Virus record (IMG/VR): IMGVR_UViG_3300025137_003955
Coordinates: 1-62,176 of that record
Length of the DNA stretch: 62,176 nucleotides
Strand: one strand, 5' to 3'
Origin: a virus
Taxonomy: Duplodnaviria > Caudoviricetes
A program made the translations under genes and the position numbers. The notes below the pieces were generated by a model, which was not told the DNA's origin, did not search any database, and was given only the letters and a program-made list of their open reading frames with translations. Shown here piece after piece: positions 38,001 to 47,537 of this stretch (the stretch's first letter is position 1; every line of letters begins with the position of its first letter).

Positions 38001-38864
38001 ATCTACATAAAATACATCGTAACTTTCATCTTCTATAGGGCAGGCAGGGTGTATTTTTACTTCTGCTTCTTGCCATTTCTTAGGAACTAGTCTTATACCT
38101 CCCATTGCCATAGGATATTTTTCTTGTAACTGGTATGGCATTTTAAAAACATGTATCATACCGTCTTCAAAAGGATTTGGTACCCAATCAAATGTTTTTA
38201 AATTTGTTTTATATTGTGCATCAACTAACCAAACATATTCATCTGCAAATGTATTTCTTTGTCTGTAGTTTTCTACGTCTGTAACAAGCATAACAGGATA
38301 GGATATTTTTATATCTAAAAAGTTATGAAATTTAATATCAGCATCTTTCCATTCTTTAGGATAAAGTTTTATACCACCTTCTTTATCAGGATACTTATGC
38401 TCTAATTGTCCACGTAAATGAAAACTATGTATAAAGTTAGGTTCAAAGTTATTTGGAGCCCAATTAATATCTTGTGGGATTTTGTAATCTTTATCTATAC
38501 ACCATACATGACTAGCATAAGGATTATTATCAAAATATTTGCCTGGAGTTTTAGTATGTAATTTTTCAAAACTTTTTTTACATACTACTTTGTTAATTTC
38601 TTTAGTGCCTTCTGATTTTGTTTTTGGTAAAAGGGTTACACCACCGTAGTTTTGATTGTCCCATTTCCATACATGAGTGTATCCCATGTCATAAGATTCG
38701 GGTCTGTAGTCAAATATGTCTATATCAGTAACTTGTATATTTGGTTCAATAAACCAAAACATTTTTGTATTGGATTTAGCGTCACCTATATTATCTACTT
38801 GTTTTGCAAAAGGTAAACTCTCTTGCAATTCGGTATTATTTCCCATGTAAAATATATCAAACAT
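35004..38864 (-). CDS. 1286-aa protein of 12 tandem GT-A-like modules
   Basis: Twelve copies of W-x-x-D/E...HV[WF]...GG[VIL]xLxP. The last module is complete (DIIFLSYKEPNA...FWVVDAD...AFSTWRSAFRECVKL) and homologous to 56025-57020. Confidence 0.8.
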   Translation of the reverse strand: MFDIFYMGNNTELQESLPFAKQVDNIGDAKSNTKMFWFIEPNIQVTDIDIFDYRPESYDMGYTHVWKWDNQNYGGVTLLPKTKSEGTKEINKVVCKKSFEKLHTKTPGKYFDNNPYASHVWCIDKDYKIPQDINWAPNNFEPNFIHSFHLRGQLEHKYPDKEGGIKLYPKEWKDADIKFHNFLDIKISYPVMLVTDVENYRQRNTFADEYVWLVDAQYKTNLKTFDWVPNPFEDGMIHVFKMPYQLQEKYPMAMGGIRLVPKKWQEAEVKIHPACPIEDESYDVFYVDDDEFTADAYSEYAERSKTDWFWVVDREFQFNGKLLYVPAIHEREFIHVFKLPGHLEERYPTDYTDAWDNRCGGIRLVHKQFDFTKHKYQKDIVPIRYDIFYTNNINDYESSARKSRSKMFWLVDDEHELNDVFKYVPAKYDQKTIQVFKIPNQLEHKYPKSITNISDNRCGGVKLVPKAYNTETIKYIAKNPTSDRSYPVVKVDNVDEYTEVFQDCWIVDIEYELNQKIEWAPPLFQQNCIHTFHVGDQLRHKYPESIGGLRWVPVDWNGDIVIHAEMLNAIPEYPMYFVDNPSINPKKDHSCWVADSSYRLDESIKWAPDSFDTNKVHVFHIHNQLTNKYPEEMGGLYWYPDSSTDELKIHKDPLVINAKTFSVYRVSDPSDYNDITEDCWLVDKEYVLDDNDFEFVPWQNENEKDQIHVYQVRGQLEHKYPDEMGGIYWVPANHKDSGLNIHNTTPFGEQLTFPVFESEELGRMKTPTSWFWVIDPDVNVLETFDFGFVPKIWDNGKTHVWQKLNPITNRQYDYGGVTLYPKVPQTKGRPKYIREPSCTQKEYPIYYLQASDYENGLQSVYERLSAQSDSNMYWVVDAFTQIDPEFKFDYYPTQWDQKYIHVFLNQDNAYTSVRLVPKHLFLDNEYTDKEIENNSFEHLKQINTIASLRPVWPVIHLQSLEKNEFINATKDIKTPFVWTVDPDVKVDEKLLDRGYLPAITSTSKVHAWQKLNPISKKVHAYGGLRLWPTSNDYSDIKSDDLKLNRIKNLNYVREVGSTTVPYDIIFLSYKEPNADAGFRKLQDHIRTKSLNINLIWVRDVEGIFEAHKVASTRATSQMFWVVDADAEITEEFEFDYIPDVYDQEVVHVWSSKNPITQDEYGYGGVKLFPTDMVRNATSWGLDFTTGLSNRFKSMPQISCITKFNTDAFSTWRSAFRECVKLTLNDDAESKQRLDAWINTRGEEEFTAEAVNGALAGNQFAEANKDNLAKLDKINDFTWLREQYDRS

Positions 38865-39057
38865 GCTTATTTTTTTCTAGTATATATTGAACGGCTTCTT
38901 CAACATCGTCAATACCTTTATTAATGCCGTCCCATTTTTTATGTAACTCTTCGCCATACACAGGGCAAACACCTTTATGCTCAGGAAGATCTCCTCCGCA
39001 CATTTCACATCTGCCTTCTAATTTACGTTGGATTTTGTGCCAGTTAATCTCGGACAT
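38857..39057 (-). CDS. Small Zn-ribbon-like protein
   Basis: CEMCGG...H...C. Confidence 0.5.
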   Translation of the reverse strand: MSEINWHKIQRKLEGRCEMCGGDLPEHKGVCPVYGEELHKKWDGINKGIDDVEEAVQYILEKNKHV

Positions 39058-40558
39058 GTACCTTTACCCCATAATGTTTGGCAAAGGCTTTGGCATCTTC
39101 TTCGTCGTTTACAATAGGTTGTCCTTTAATGTTTAAACTTGTATTAAGTAACATTGGACAGCCTGTTTTTTTGTAAAACTCTGTGAGAAGTTTATGCAAG
39201 TCAGGATGTTCTTCTTTCCGTACTGTTTGAACACGGCTGGTGCCGTCTTCATGAATTATAGCAGGAAACTCATCTGGCTTTTTACACTTTGCAACAAATT
39301 GCATGTATGGTGCATGTGAAATACCACCCGGCATTTCAAAATAATCATGCACATATTCTTCCAAAATCATTGGTGCAAATGGTCTAAACTTTTGACGTTT
39401 TTTGATAACATTCATTTTATCTTTAACATCAGGCCCTCTTGGATCAGCACATAGGCTTCTATTGCCTAATGCACGTGGTCCAAACTCAGCTCTTCCATTT
39501 GCTATTCCAAAGAGTTCCCCCTCTTTTAAACTTTTTAATGCTTTTTTAATTGGGTATTTACCCTCTATATTATGGCCCAGATACGGTGTATCAAATTTAA
39601 CACGTTTTCCCATTGTGTTATGTAAGTGTAGTGCGGCGGCTCCCAAACTGCTACCACAATCGCCTGGGTTAGGCATTATAAAAATGTTTTTAAATATGTC
39701 TGTCAGCATACTATTGGCTACACAATTAAGTGCTACACCTCCCATATATACTAAATTATTACTACCTGTAATATCTTTGGCATATTGAGCATACGCATTT
39801 ACTCGTTGTTCTACTTGATCTTGTGCGGCCGCGGCCATATCAAATTCGTCAACACCCACAAAACTACCTTTAGGTAGTCCTCTTTGTAGGTTTTCCTTCA
39901 TCTGTATACATTGTCTGTGGCTTATCCATGGATGTTTCATTCTAAAATATCTTTCACCCATCTTTTTACTTAATGGCTTCCAATTTTCTGGTTTACCATA
40001 TGCCGCCATACCCATAAGTATGTATTCATCTTCCATGGGTTTAAGGCCTACATGGTGTGTTACAGCACTATAAAATAAACCTAAACTACTTGGATAAGAA
40101 GTTGTGTGTACTTTCTTTAAATTGCCATTATGCCACTTCCATATAGTTGCTGTATCAAATTCGCCTATGGCATCTATTACCATTACAGCACACTCGTCAA
40201 AATTACTACTTAGTACACCTGCGGCCGCATGGGTCTCATGATGTAAATAATCTTTTATAGGTATACCTTTAAGTTCAGGATAAAACTTTTTAATCCATTG
40301 CTTCTGAGTCGGCTCTCTGAATCCGTACCAGTTACGGCCATACATATTTCTTAGACGTTTAAGCCATGCTTTTTCATGTAATACTATTACGTCAGGTTTG
40401 CCACCTTCCATTGCGGCACTTATCAGTTCATGGTTTATCCAGGCATCATTCTTTACTTTACTATAACGTTCTGAATGTCCAGCAAACTCTATTTGGTCGT
40501 CCTGTAGCATACAGGCACCAGCATCGTGAAATCCAAAACTAAGTCCTAAGATTCTCAT
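39044..40558 (-). CDS. Carbamoyltransferase (NodU/CmcH/TobZ family)
   Basis: GFHDAGA, ERYSKVK, HHETHAA, MGMAAYG, GGVALN, EFGPRALGNRS, FRPFAP, LNTSLN. Confidence 0.95.
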   Translation of the reverse strand: MRILGLSFGFHDAGACMLQDDQIEFAGHSERYSKVKNDAWINHELISAAMEGGKPDVIVLHEKAWLKRLRNMYGRNWYGFREPTQKQWIKKFYPELKGIPIKDYLHHETHAAAGVLSSNFDECAVMVIDAIGEFDTATIWKWHNGNLKKVHTTSYPSSLGLFYSAVTHHVGLKPMEDEYILMGMAAYGKPENWKPLSKKMGERYFRMKHPWISHRQCIQMKENLQRGLPKGSFVGVDEFDMAAAAQDQVEQRVNAYAQYAKDITGSNNLVYMGGVALNCVANSMLTDIFKNIFIMPNPGDCGSSLGAAALHLHNTMGKRVKFDTPYLGHNIEGKYPIKKALKSLKEGELFGIANGRAEFGPRALGNRSLCADPRGPDVKDKMNVIKKRQKFRPFAPMILEEYVHDYFEMPGGISHAPYMQFVAKCKKPDEFPAIIHEDGTSRVQTVRKEEHPDLHKLLTEFYKKTGCPMLLNTSLNIKGQPIVNDEEDAKAFAKHYGVKVHVRD

Positions 40559-40704
40559 CTATATATGAAAGGGTCTCTTTTCCTTAATTCTTCTAATTTC
40601 TTTTTAAGTAATGCTTCCTCATCAGGAGTTAAGTCTAAATCATCATTAAAAACTTTGTTTTCATGTTCCTTTTGAGCATCATTTTTTTCTCTTCTTTCTG
40701 TCAT
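40555..40704 (-). CDS. Small protein ending KRDPFIYR (49 aa)
   Basis: ATGA-coupled to both neighbours. Confidence 0.6.
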   Translation of the reverse strand: MTERREKNDAQKEHENKVFNDDLDLTPDEEALLKKKLEELRKRDPFIYR

Positions 40705-41321
40705 GTGAAGTATCTCCATTTATACATTTCTATCAGACTTTGCGCCATAGTATTGTATAATTTCTCATCTTTTATATGCATTGTTTCACTAAAACTATCA
40801 GGCCATATATCTAAATATGTTTCTATAAAACTCTCTTGCGGCTTATAGTATTTACTAGTATCTATGCTATCCCATAGTGGTATCTGGCAGTTCTCTGGTA
40901 TACTATTAAACATGTTACAAAAAACATAATCTATATTTTTATTCTCTAAATATGTTTGCAATGCATACATATATGTAATAGTATCCTCTATTCCAGTTCG
41001 CCAATCTGCTAAATGTAAATCTGCATACCTATAAAACTTTTGTAAATCTATATTCTCACTTTGCTTATATAATGTATAATCTTTACGATCACCATCAAAA
41101 CTAAACTCAAATCTTTCGTGTGTACTCCAGCCAATTATTACTAAATCAACTGTATTGCTCTCACAATATTCCATTGTTGTACGGAGTATACGATGATTTC
41201 CACCACCGCCTTTAGCAATATTTGTTACATCAGAATTAAGGGTTTTTCGTAAAAAATATTTTAGTCCCTTATCACATTCACTTGCTTCAGTATGGCTACA
41301 ACCATTTAGTAAAATATTCAT
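40701..41321 (-). CDS. SGNH-hydrolase-like protein (GCS variant)
   Basis: NGCSHT, NIAKGGGGN, GWS..ER, C-terminal MH. Confidence 0.6.
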   Translation of the reverse strand: MNILLNGCSHTEASECDKGLKYFLRKTLNSDVTNIAKGGGGNHRILRTTMEYCESNTVDLVIIGWSTHERFEFSFDGDRKDYTLYKQSENIDLQKFYRYADLHLADWRTGIEDTITYMYALQTYLENKNIDYVFCNMFNSIPENCQIPLWDSIDTSKYYKPQESFIETYLDIWPDSFSETMHIKDEKLYNTMAQSLIEMYKWRYFT

Positions 41322-42622
41322 CTGTTTGATTGATACATTAATCTGTATAGTTCTGGAAGTGCTTCTTCCATACTTTCGTCTCTTTGTTTGTCTAGTAATT
41401 TTGTATACTTTTTAAATGTAATTAATTCTTGTTCCCAATTTTCTTTCCGGTTTTCTCTAAGTGCCTTAATAGTTGCTTCTATACTTTGCACATTTTCAGG
41501 TCTATTTTTTAATACCTTACTTCTTTTTAACCATTCCTCTAATCTGCCTGCGGCTACTTCCCTTACTTGCTCAGGACAGTTTCTAAAATCTAAACTAGTT
41601 GGATAATCACATATTAAGAAAGTAACAAATACCTGTCTACCATATTCTATCTCTAAACTTTCTATAAAGTCTAGTAATTTTGTTATGGTTAAAACATTAT
41701 AAATTTGTATAACAGGAGAGAATAAGACAGTTCCTACAACATCACTGGCACAATAAGTTCTTAAGTTCTTTTCAACTCTGCTCCAATGACTAGCACCACG
41801 TATGTATTCATTTTCATGCCCATAAGCATCTACACTAATACACATTAATACGTTTTTAAACTGCTCTACCAAGTCCAGAAAACGTTTCTGAATGTTGGTC
41901 ATGTTACTGTTGAACACTAGCTCTATATCTTTAGCAATGCCCATTTCCACACACTTCTCCATTATCCAATATACACGTTCAATTATAGTTGGCTCACCAC
42001 CTGTAAAGTATAATTTACTTACACCAGGTAACCATTCTTCTACTTGTCTTAAAAAATCTGGATCGTCTTCCCAATTGGTTAAATTGTCAACAAACTGACC
42101 CCAGGTAAAATTATCTTTTATAAATTGGCCTGCCCTAGGATCAGCAGTTTCTATCTTTTTGTATTCCTTCTGAATTTGACTTGAATTTTGTGGTTGGCAC
42201 ATTCTACACTTCAGGTTACACATATTGCCAAGTCTAAAATCCAAGTACATTGGGGATTCTTCTACTCTATAGTCGTTGTTTATACTACGCTCTATTATCT
42301 CATGGATTTCTTCTCCTCGTCCACTGTACTCGAACCAATCCCTAATATAGTTAGTCCTATAACTAGGGAAGCCCATATCTTCTAAATCATAACAATGCTC
42401 ACAACCTTTTACCACTTCGCCTTCGATCATCTCTTGGCGGATTTTACGCATATGATTGCTATTCCAGACACCCTCTATTTTGTGCCCACGATTTAGGTCT
42501 ACCATACTGCCATCATCATTTTTAAAATTATCACGTGCTACACAGCACCAGCTCACAGTACCTGTAGGCTGAGTCATGATAGATATCCAAGGATAAGGGC
42601 AAAATGTTTTACTGTATTCCAT
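41318..42622 (-). CDS. Radical SAM protein with N-terminal twitch/SPASM-like domain (#1)
   Basis: CPYPW...WCC...CEHC; CNLKCRMC; FTGGEP. Confidence 0.9.
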   Translation of the reverse strand: MEYSKTFCPYPWISIMTQPTGTVSWCCVARDNFKNDDGSMVDLNRGHKIEGVWNSNHMRKIRQEMIEGEVVKGCEHCYDLEDMGFPSYRTNYIRDWFEYSGRGEEIHEIIERSINNDYRVEESPMYLDFRLGNMCNLKCRMCQPQNSSQIQKEYKKIETADPRAGQFIKDNFTWGQFVDNLTNWEDDPDFLRQVEEWLPGVSKLYFTGGEPTIIERVYWIMEKCVEMGIAKDIELVFNSNMTNIQKRFLDLVEQFKNVLMCISVDAYGHENEYIRGASHWSRVEKNLRTYCASDVVGTVLFSPVIQIYNVLTITKLLDFIESLEIEYGRQVFVTFLICDYPTSLDFRNCPEQVREVAAGRLEEWLKRSKVLKNRPENVQSIEATIKALRENRKENWEQELITFKKYTKLLDKQRDESMEEALPELYRLMYQSNR

Positions 42623-43766
42623 TCCAGTCTTTCTCTATTAATTTAAAAAACTTAGGGAACACTTTATCGAACTGTTCCTTTCTAAATTTATCTATTTGTT
42701 TCGTTTGTATCAAAAAATTAGTAAATTCTGATGAATTATATTGTTCACCATTCATAAACTTCAATGTATTATTTACATGATCTGCGTTATTTCCCCCATA
42801 TAAAATGTTTATTTTTTCTTTGACTCTTTTAGGCAGTACTTTTGGAGAAATATGGCTAGGTGTAAATACCATGTTGTAGTGTATGTTTATCTCATCAAAA
42901 TGTTTTGATATAAAATCTGTTAATTCTGTCATGTGCATAATATTAAAGATACTTATAGTTTGGAAAATACCTATTGAAAATATTTCAGGATTAAGTTTAC
43001 TAAAATGTCCTAGATTAGTTATAACTTCTGCAAAGTTTCCAGGGAACCTGATGTATTCAAATCGTTCATTTATATCATCTATACTAAGAAATATTTCTAC
43101 TTTTTTAAATTTTTCCCATAAACTTATCCTGCTTTCAGGAAATATACTACCGTTTGTATTATACGATAAGGCAATATTTTTTGCAATGCCTAATTCTACA
43201 CATCTTTCCAGTATTTCATAATGCCTCTCAATCATTAAGGGCTCACCACCAAAGAATTCTAACTTTTCTATATTTTTTAAATGGCTGTCTATATCTTCCC
43301 AAAAATTTTCATTAGTTTTAGGCCACATGCCCAATTTATTAAAGAGTCTAGCACCTTCATTATTAGGATTTATTTTAAGCTCTTCAGCGGCCCATTGACT
43401 ACTAGCAAAACTACTGCATATTCTACATTTACTATTACAAATATTTCCTAATTTTAAATCTAATGCTTTAGTATTTGGTGTAAAGTCCTCTCCCCAATAA
43501 AAGTTTTCTCTTAATCTTTTACTTTGTATTCCTGCTTTTTCTTCATGCCAACAATTATTACATGCCTCTAGTTTTTCGTTATTTAAAAACTTTTGTTGTA
43601 TGTCTTTTAACCACTTACTTTCTTTAACGTCGCTTAGTGTGTCTCCATTTGCCAAATTAAATTCTGTGCCGTCATCTTTTTTAGCAGACTCCTGCATTAT
43701 GCAACACACTGACATTGTGCCATCAGTACGAGCTTCTAAATTAATAAATGGTAGAACGCAACTCAT
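42609..43766 (-). CDS. N-terminal-twitch radical SAM protein (#2)
   Basis: CVLPF...VCC...CNNC; CNSKCRIC; FFGGEP. Confidence 0.9.
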   Translation of the reverse strand: MSCVLPFINLEARTDGTMSVCCIMQESAKKDDGTEFNLANGDTLSDVKESKWLKDIQQKFLNNEKLEACNNCWHEEKAGIQSKRLRENFYWGEDFTPNTKALDLKLGNICNSKCRICSSFASSQWAAEELKINPNNEGARLFNKLGMWPKTNENFWEDIDSHLKNIEKLEFFGGEPLMIERHYEILERCVELGIAKNIALSYNTNGSIFPESRISLWEKFKKVEIFLSIDDINERFEYIRFPGNFAEVITNLGHFSKLNPEIFSIGIFQTISIFNIMHMTELTDFISKHFDEINIHYNMVFTPSHISPKVLPKRVKEKINILYGGNNADHVNNTLKFMNGEQYNSSEFTNFLIQTKQIDKFRKEQFDKVFPKFFKLIEKDWNGIQ

Positions 43767-44986
43767 ATGCCCGCCAACTCTGGATATACTTCATCAAAGT
43801 CCTCATCTCTTAATTTATCGAATTCAATATTAAATGCCTTAAACTCTTCCAGTAAATGTGTATGATCATCGTCTAAAAATAACATAGAACTTTTATAGCC
43901 TTCTGTTGCCCTGCCTATATTATCCTGAGGCTCTAACCAACGTAAATGTTTTTGCCATTTTGCTTTTATTTCTGCTCTCAATCTTTGTGGCAGTACACTC
44001 ATTCTAAACCTTTCATTGTTTAGTAGTACATTCATATACCAGTCTGCTGGTTTTATATAGCCTTTATCTACCCAACTTCTATGAAAGTCAGTAATATGCC
44101 AGGCGTTATAGGCACTAACTGTGGCACTAATATAAAAATCAACTTCAGGAGATGTTTCTTTTAATTGTTTTATGTTGTTCTCAACATCAGCCCATACAGT
44201 TCCTTTACGTTGATATTCTCCTCGTAAACCTTCTGCATCTAAACTAGCACCAACACTTATATTATCAAAGTTTTTCCACAAGTCTAATACATTATGTTTC
44301 TTATATGTTAATGTTGTGAAGTTTGTATTATAAAAAATGCGTATATCTGTTTTACCCATCTCAACAAGCCTGTTCATAATGCCCCAATGCTCGTCCATCA
44401 TTATAGGTTCACCACCTGCCCAGTATATTTGCTCTATGTGTTCCAGCATAGGGTCAAACTCTTCCATAAAGTTGTCAACGTCCTTACGGATTTGTATGAC
44501 ACGTTCTGTTGGACTTATATTAAATGTACTTGCTTTTGCATCAGCATACCAATTACTGCTTAGTTCCGGGCCACAGTACCTGCAACGTAAGTTACATACA
44601 TTACTGAAACGAAAGTCTAAGTAAACTATATGTAAATCATCTAAACTTCCGTCTGCATTTGTTTTTGCAACTTTATCCCAATGTGGCCCTAACCAGTCTC
44701 GATTACTTCTTACTCTTAAACTGTCATGACCTTTATCTTCTTTTTCATAACAACGTACACATTCTTTACATTTTTTTCCGTTTAGCATATTTAAGCGAAC
44801 TTGTTTCATTCTTTCGCTATTCCATACTTCTTCTAAACTATTTTCCCTTAGATCTCCTACATGGTTTTCCCATGGAGAGTCACAGCAAAGCATAGTTTTG
44901 CCATTTGGCCAAGGGTGCATATGAATCCAGGGCAGGATACACATTACATCATCTTCGTGATCCTCAATATTTGTGCTGAATTCCAT
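43763..44986 (-). CDS. N-terminal-twitch radical SAM protein (#3)
   Basis: CILPW...LCC...CVRC; CNLRCRYC; WAGGEP. Start chosen at MEFST (ORF track extends to 45004). Confidence 0.9.
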   Translation of the reverse strand: MEFSTNIEDHEDDVMCILPWIHMHPWPNGKTMLCCDSPWENHVGDLRENSLEEVWNSERMKQVRLNMLNGKKCKECVRCYEKEDKGHDSLRVRSNRDWLGPHWDKVAKTNADGSLDDLHIVYLDFRFSNVCNLRCRYCGPELSSNWYADAKASTFNISPTERVIQIRKDVDNFMEEFDPMLEHIEQIYWAGGEPIMMDEHWGIMNRLVEMGKTDIRIFYNTNFTTLTYKKHNVLDLWKNFDNISVGASLDAEGLRGEYQRKGTVWADVENNIKQLKETSPEVDFYISATVSAYNAWHITDFHRSWVDKGYIKPADWYMNVLLNNERFRMSVLPQRLRAEIKAKWQKHLRWLEPQDNIGRATEGYKSSMLFLDDDHTHLLEEFKAFNIEFDKLRDEDFDEVYPELAGI

Positions 44987-46211
44987 GTCTATCCAATATT
45001 TCAATTAATTCAGGGAATACTTCCCTCCAACCTTCTTCGTGGTTGCGTATTTTATCTAGCTCGTCATTGTACCGACAAAAGTGTTCCCACTTAACTTCGT
45101 CCCAATCATCGTCATTATACATGCTCAACAATGTTCCGAGCTCATGTCTGTTACCCATCGTTTTTCTAAACTTGGTATGGGCCTCGTGTCTCACGACAGG
45201 AGGTAGTATTCCAGGCGATAGGTAATCAGGGTCGTATACAAAGTTCATATCTACAGGCACTGGTGCCCAGTCTAAAAATTTATCTAGATAGATATAACTG
45301 TATGCACTTACAGTTTGTGTTATTCTTACTGTAAGTTCAGGTACTTGCATAATTTTTTCTAAATTTTGCTCTACGTCTGACCATTCCGTAGGGTATCTGA
45401 TATATTTGTTTCTATGATCAAAGTCGTCTATACTAGGACATACTCTGGCTTCTTTAAATTCTTTCCATAATGGTATTGCTTTGTCCGGAACTTGGGTCAT
45501 ATTAATATTATACCACAGTATAATGTTTTTACTACGTCCACTTTCCACAAGCATTTCCAAAAACTTCCAATGTGCTTTAATTAATGTGGGCTCACCACCA
45601 TTAATGTATAATACTTCCATGTTAGGAGCACATTTAAATAGGTCCTCATAAAAGTTTTCATCTTCTGGCCATTGAAAATCATGCTTATGATCTAACCAAC
45701 TGTATCCGTCATTTACGAACTCCAGGGAATCCACAATTTTTTTATAGTCCGCCACCCAACGTGAACTACTTGCTGGATTACAAGTGCGACAGCGGACATT
45801 ACAAACGTTACCAAGACGAAGTTCAACAAAGCGAAGATCCATAGGTATGCTACCATCCTCACTTGTAAGTCTGGATGCGTAATCGGGGTTAAAGTCCTTA
45901 TAAATCTTGGACTCGTAGACTCGTTTGCTCTCAATTCCTTTTCTTTCTTCATCGTAGCATCTTTTACATGCTTTAGGCTCCAAATCATTTAACATCTCCT
46001 TTCTAATCTCTTTGAAATAATCACTATTCATATGTGTATTAATATCATGATCATTTAAGTTGAAGAATTCCTCTCGTTCTTCTCCATAATTTCTTGCTCT
46101 ATTCTTTCCTGCAGTCATATCTGATATACAGCAAGGTGTAACACCGCCATGCGGATGTGTACCTAAATGTAACCAGGGTAGCGGACAAAAAGTATCGTTT
46201 TCAATACTCAT
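44964..46211 (-). CDS. N-terminal-twitch radical SAM protein (#4)
   Basis: CPLPW...PCC...CKRC; CNVRCRTC; INGGEP. Confidence 0.9.
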   Translation of the reverse strand: MSIENDTFCPLPWLHLGTHPHGGVTPCCISDMTAGKNRARNYGEEREEFFNLNDHDINTHMNSDYFKEIRKEMLNDLEPKACKRCYDEERKGIESKRVYESKIYKDFNPDYASRLTSEDGSIPMDLRFVELRLGNVCNVRCRTCNPASSSRWVADYKKIVDSLEFVNDGYSWLDHKHDFQWPEDENFYEDLFKCAPNMEVLYINGGEPTLIKAHWKFLEMLVESGRSKNIILWYNINMTQVPDKAIPLWKEFKEARVCPSIDDFDHRNKYIRYPTEWSDVEQNLEKIMQVPELTVRITQTVSAYSYIYLDKFLDWAPVPVDMNFVYDPDYLSPGILPPVVRHEAHTKFRKTMGNRHELGTLLSMYNDDDWDEVKWEHFCRYNDELDKIRNHEEGWREVFPELIEILDRHGIQHKY

Positions 46212-47536
46212 ATAATCGTGCCTGCTTGTAAGTTTCCAAAGTTTGGTATGTTTTCAATATTGTACTTAAACGTATCGTAATTAAAAACTCTATGTTTTAC
46301 TAATATTTCAAATAGTTCAGGAAAACATTCTCTAAAATTTTCTTTTCTATACAAATCACCTGCAACGATTTCTTTGCAAAACATAAACCAACGTTTTTCT
46401 ATTTCTGCTTCTACTGTATCTTCACCACTAGTGCCATATGGTAGTGTTGTAAGAGTACGTGGCGTCATTACATGGTGAAATATTCCTTGTATTTCACTTT
46501 GATATTCTGGTCTAAAATTAGTTGGGTCTTCTAAACTTTTTACTATCTCTGGTTTACATTCTTCTGGAAAAACATTGCAATTAAACCATGTTGGAAAGTT
46601 AGCCATATTATGAAATATAATAAAATTGGGCCAACGTTCTTCAAATGTTTTATGTAACTCTGCCAAGTACATTACATTTAATGCTGTAATCGTACAAGTT
46701 ACACCTATACTTACATTTTCTAAATCTATTAGATTATGGAACCAGTCTAAATTACTTGCTACTTCGCCCTTCCAATCAGCACCATGTCTTAAATAGTCAA
46801 ATCTTTTTTGTGCGGCGGCATCTATACTCACATTAAATCCAACAGATTTAAAGTTTCTTAACATTTTTTCAATAAAAGGCTTATTTACAGTGGTACCATT
46901 TGTGCTAAAAGATATCTCTAAATCTTTTGAGATACCATCTGCCATTAGTTTATCTGCAAATACTCTGAACTCTTTCATATACAATGGATCGCCACCCATT
47001 ACTTCTAAAAATCTTATATTAGGTAACCACTGATCCATCTGAGTCCAAAATTTAGACGCAGAATCGTTCATTCCTATTTTAACTTTTTCTTCAATGTATG
47101 GCAGTTTTCTGTCTTTTGCTTCTTTTACCCATTTACTGCTGTAATTGGGATTACAACTTCTACATTTTAGGTTACAAGTATTACTTAAAATAAGTTGAAA
47201 GTCTTCCGGCAAATCAGGTTCATTAGCATAATCTATTTCACCGTATCGCTGTACAGCAATTTCATTATATAATTCACGTTTAGACTTTTTACCATTTCGT
47301 TCATCTTGCCAACAAGGCTCACAATTTTTAGGTCTTTCACCGTCACGTATTGCTTGTCTTATTTCTTTGTAATATTTACTATGAAAAATATCTTCCACAG
47401 ATGTTTGACCCAAAGTAAATTCTCTACCTGTTTCATCAGGTACTCTATCTCTGGCAATACAACATGTCCTAACATGCCCTAACGGCTCGTTACTTATGTG
47501 TTTCCAGAGTAGTGAACAATATTTTGGGTCTGACAT
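46208..47536 (-). CDS. N-terminal-twitch radical SAM protein (#5)
   Basis: CSLLW...TCC...CEPC; CNLKCRSC; VMGGDP. Confidence 0.9.
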   Translation of the reverse strand: MSDPKYCSLLWKHISNEPLGHVRTCCIARDRVPDETGREFTLGQTSVEDIFHSKYYKEIRQAIRDGERPKNCEPCWQDERNGKKSKRELYNEIAVQRYGEIDYANEPDLPEDFQLILSNTCNLKCRSCNPNYSSKWVKEAKDRKLPYIEEKVKIGMNDSASKFWTQMDQWLPNIRFLEVMGGDPLYMKEFRVFADKLMADGISKDLEISFSTNGTTVNKPFIEKMLRNFKSVGFNVSIDAAAQKRFDYLRHGADWKGEVASNLDWFHNLIDLENVSIGVTCTITALNVMYLAELHKTFEERWPNFIIFHNMANFPTWFNCNVFPEECKPEIVKSLEDPTNFRPEYQSEIQGIFHHVMTPRTLTTLPYGTSGEDTVEAEIEKRWFMFCKEIVAGDLYRKENFRECFPELFEILVKHRVFNYDTFKYNIENIPNFGNLQAGTII

Positions 47537-47537
47537 T

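Noticed and set aside
35004-38864. DGR- or CRISPR-like repeat system
   Set aside because: Repeats are diverged protein-level modules. No reverse transcriptase, no adenine-specific TR/VR pair and no identical DNA repeats seen.
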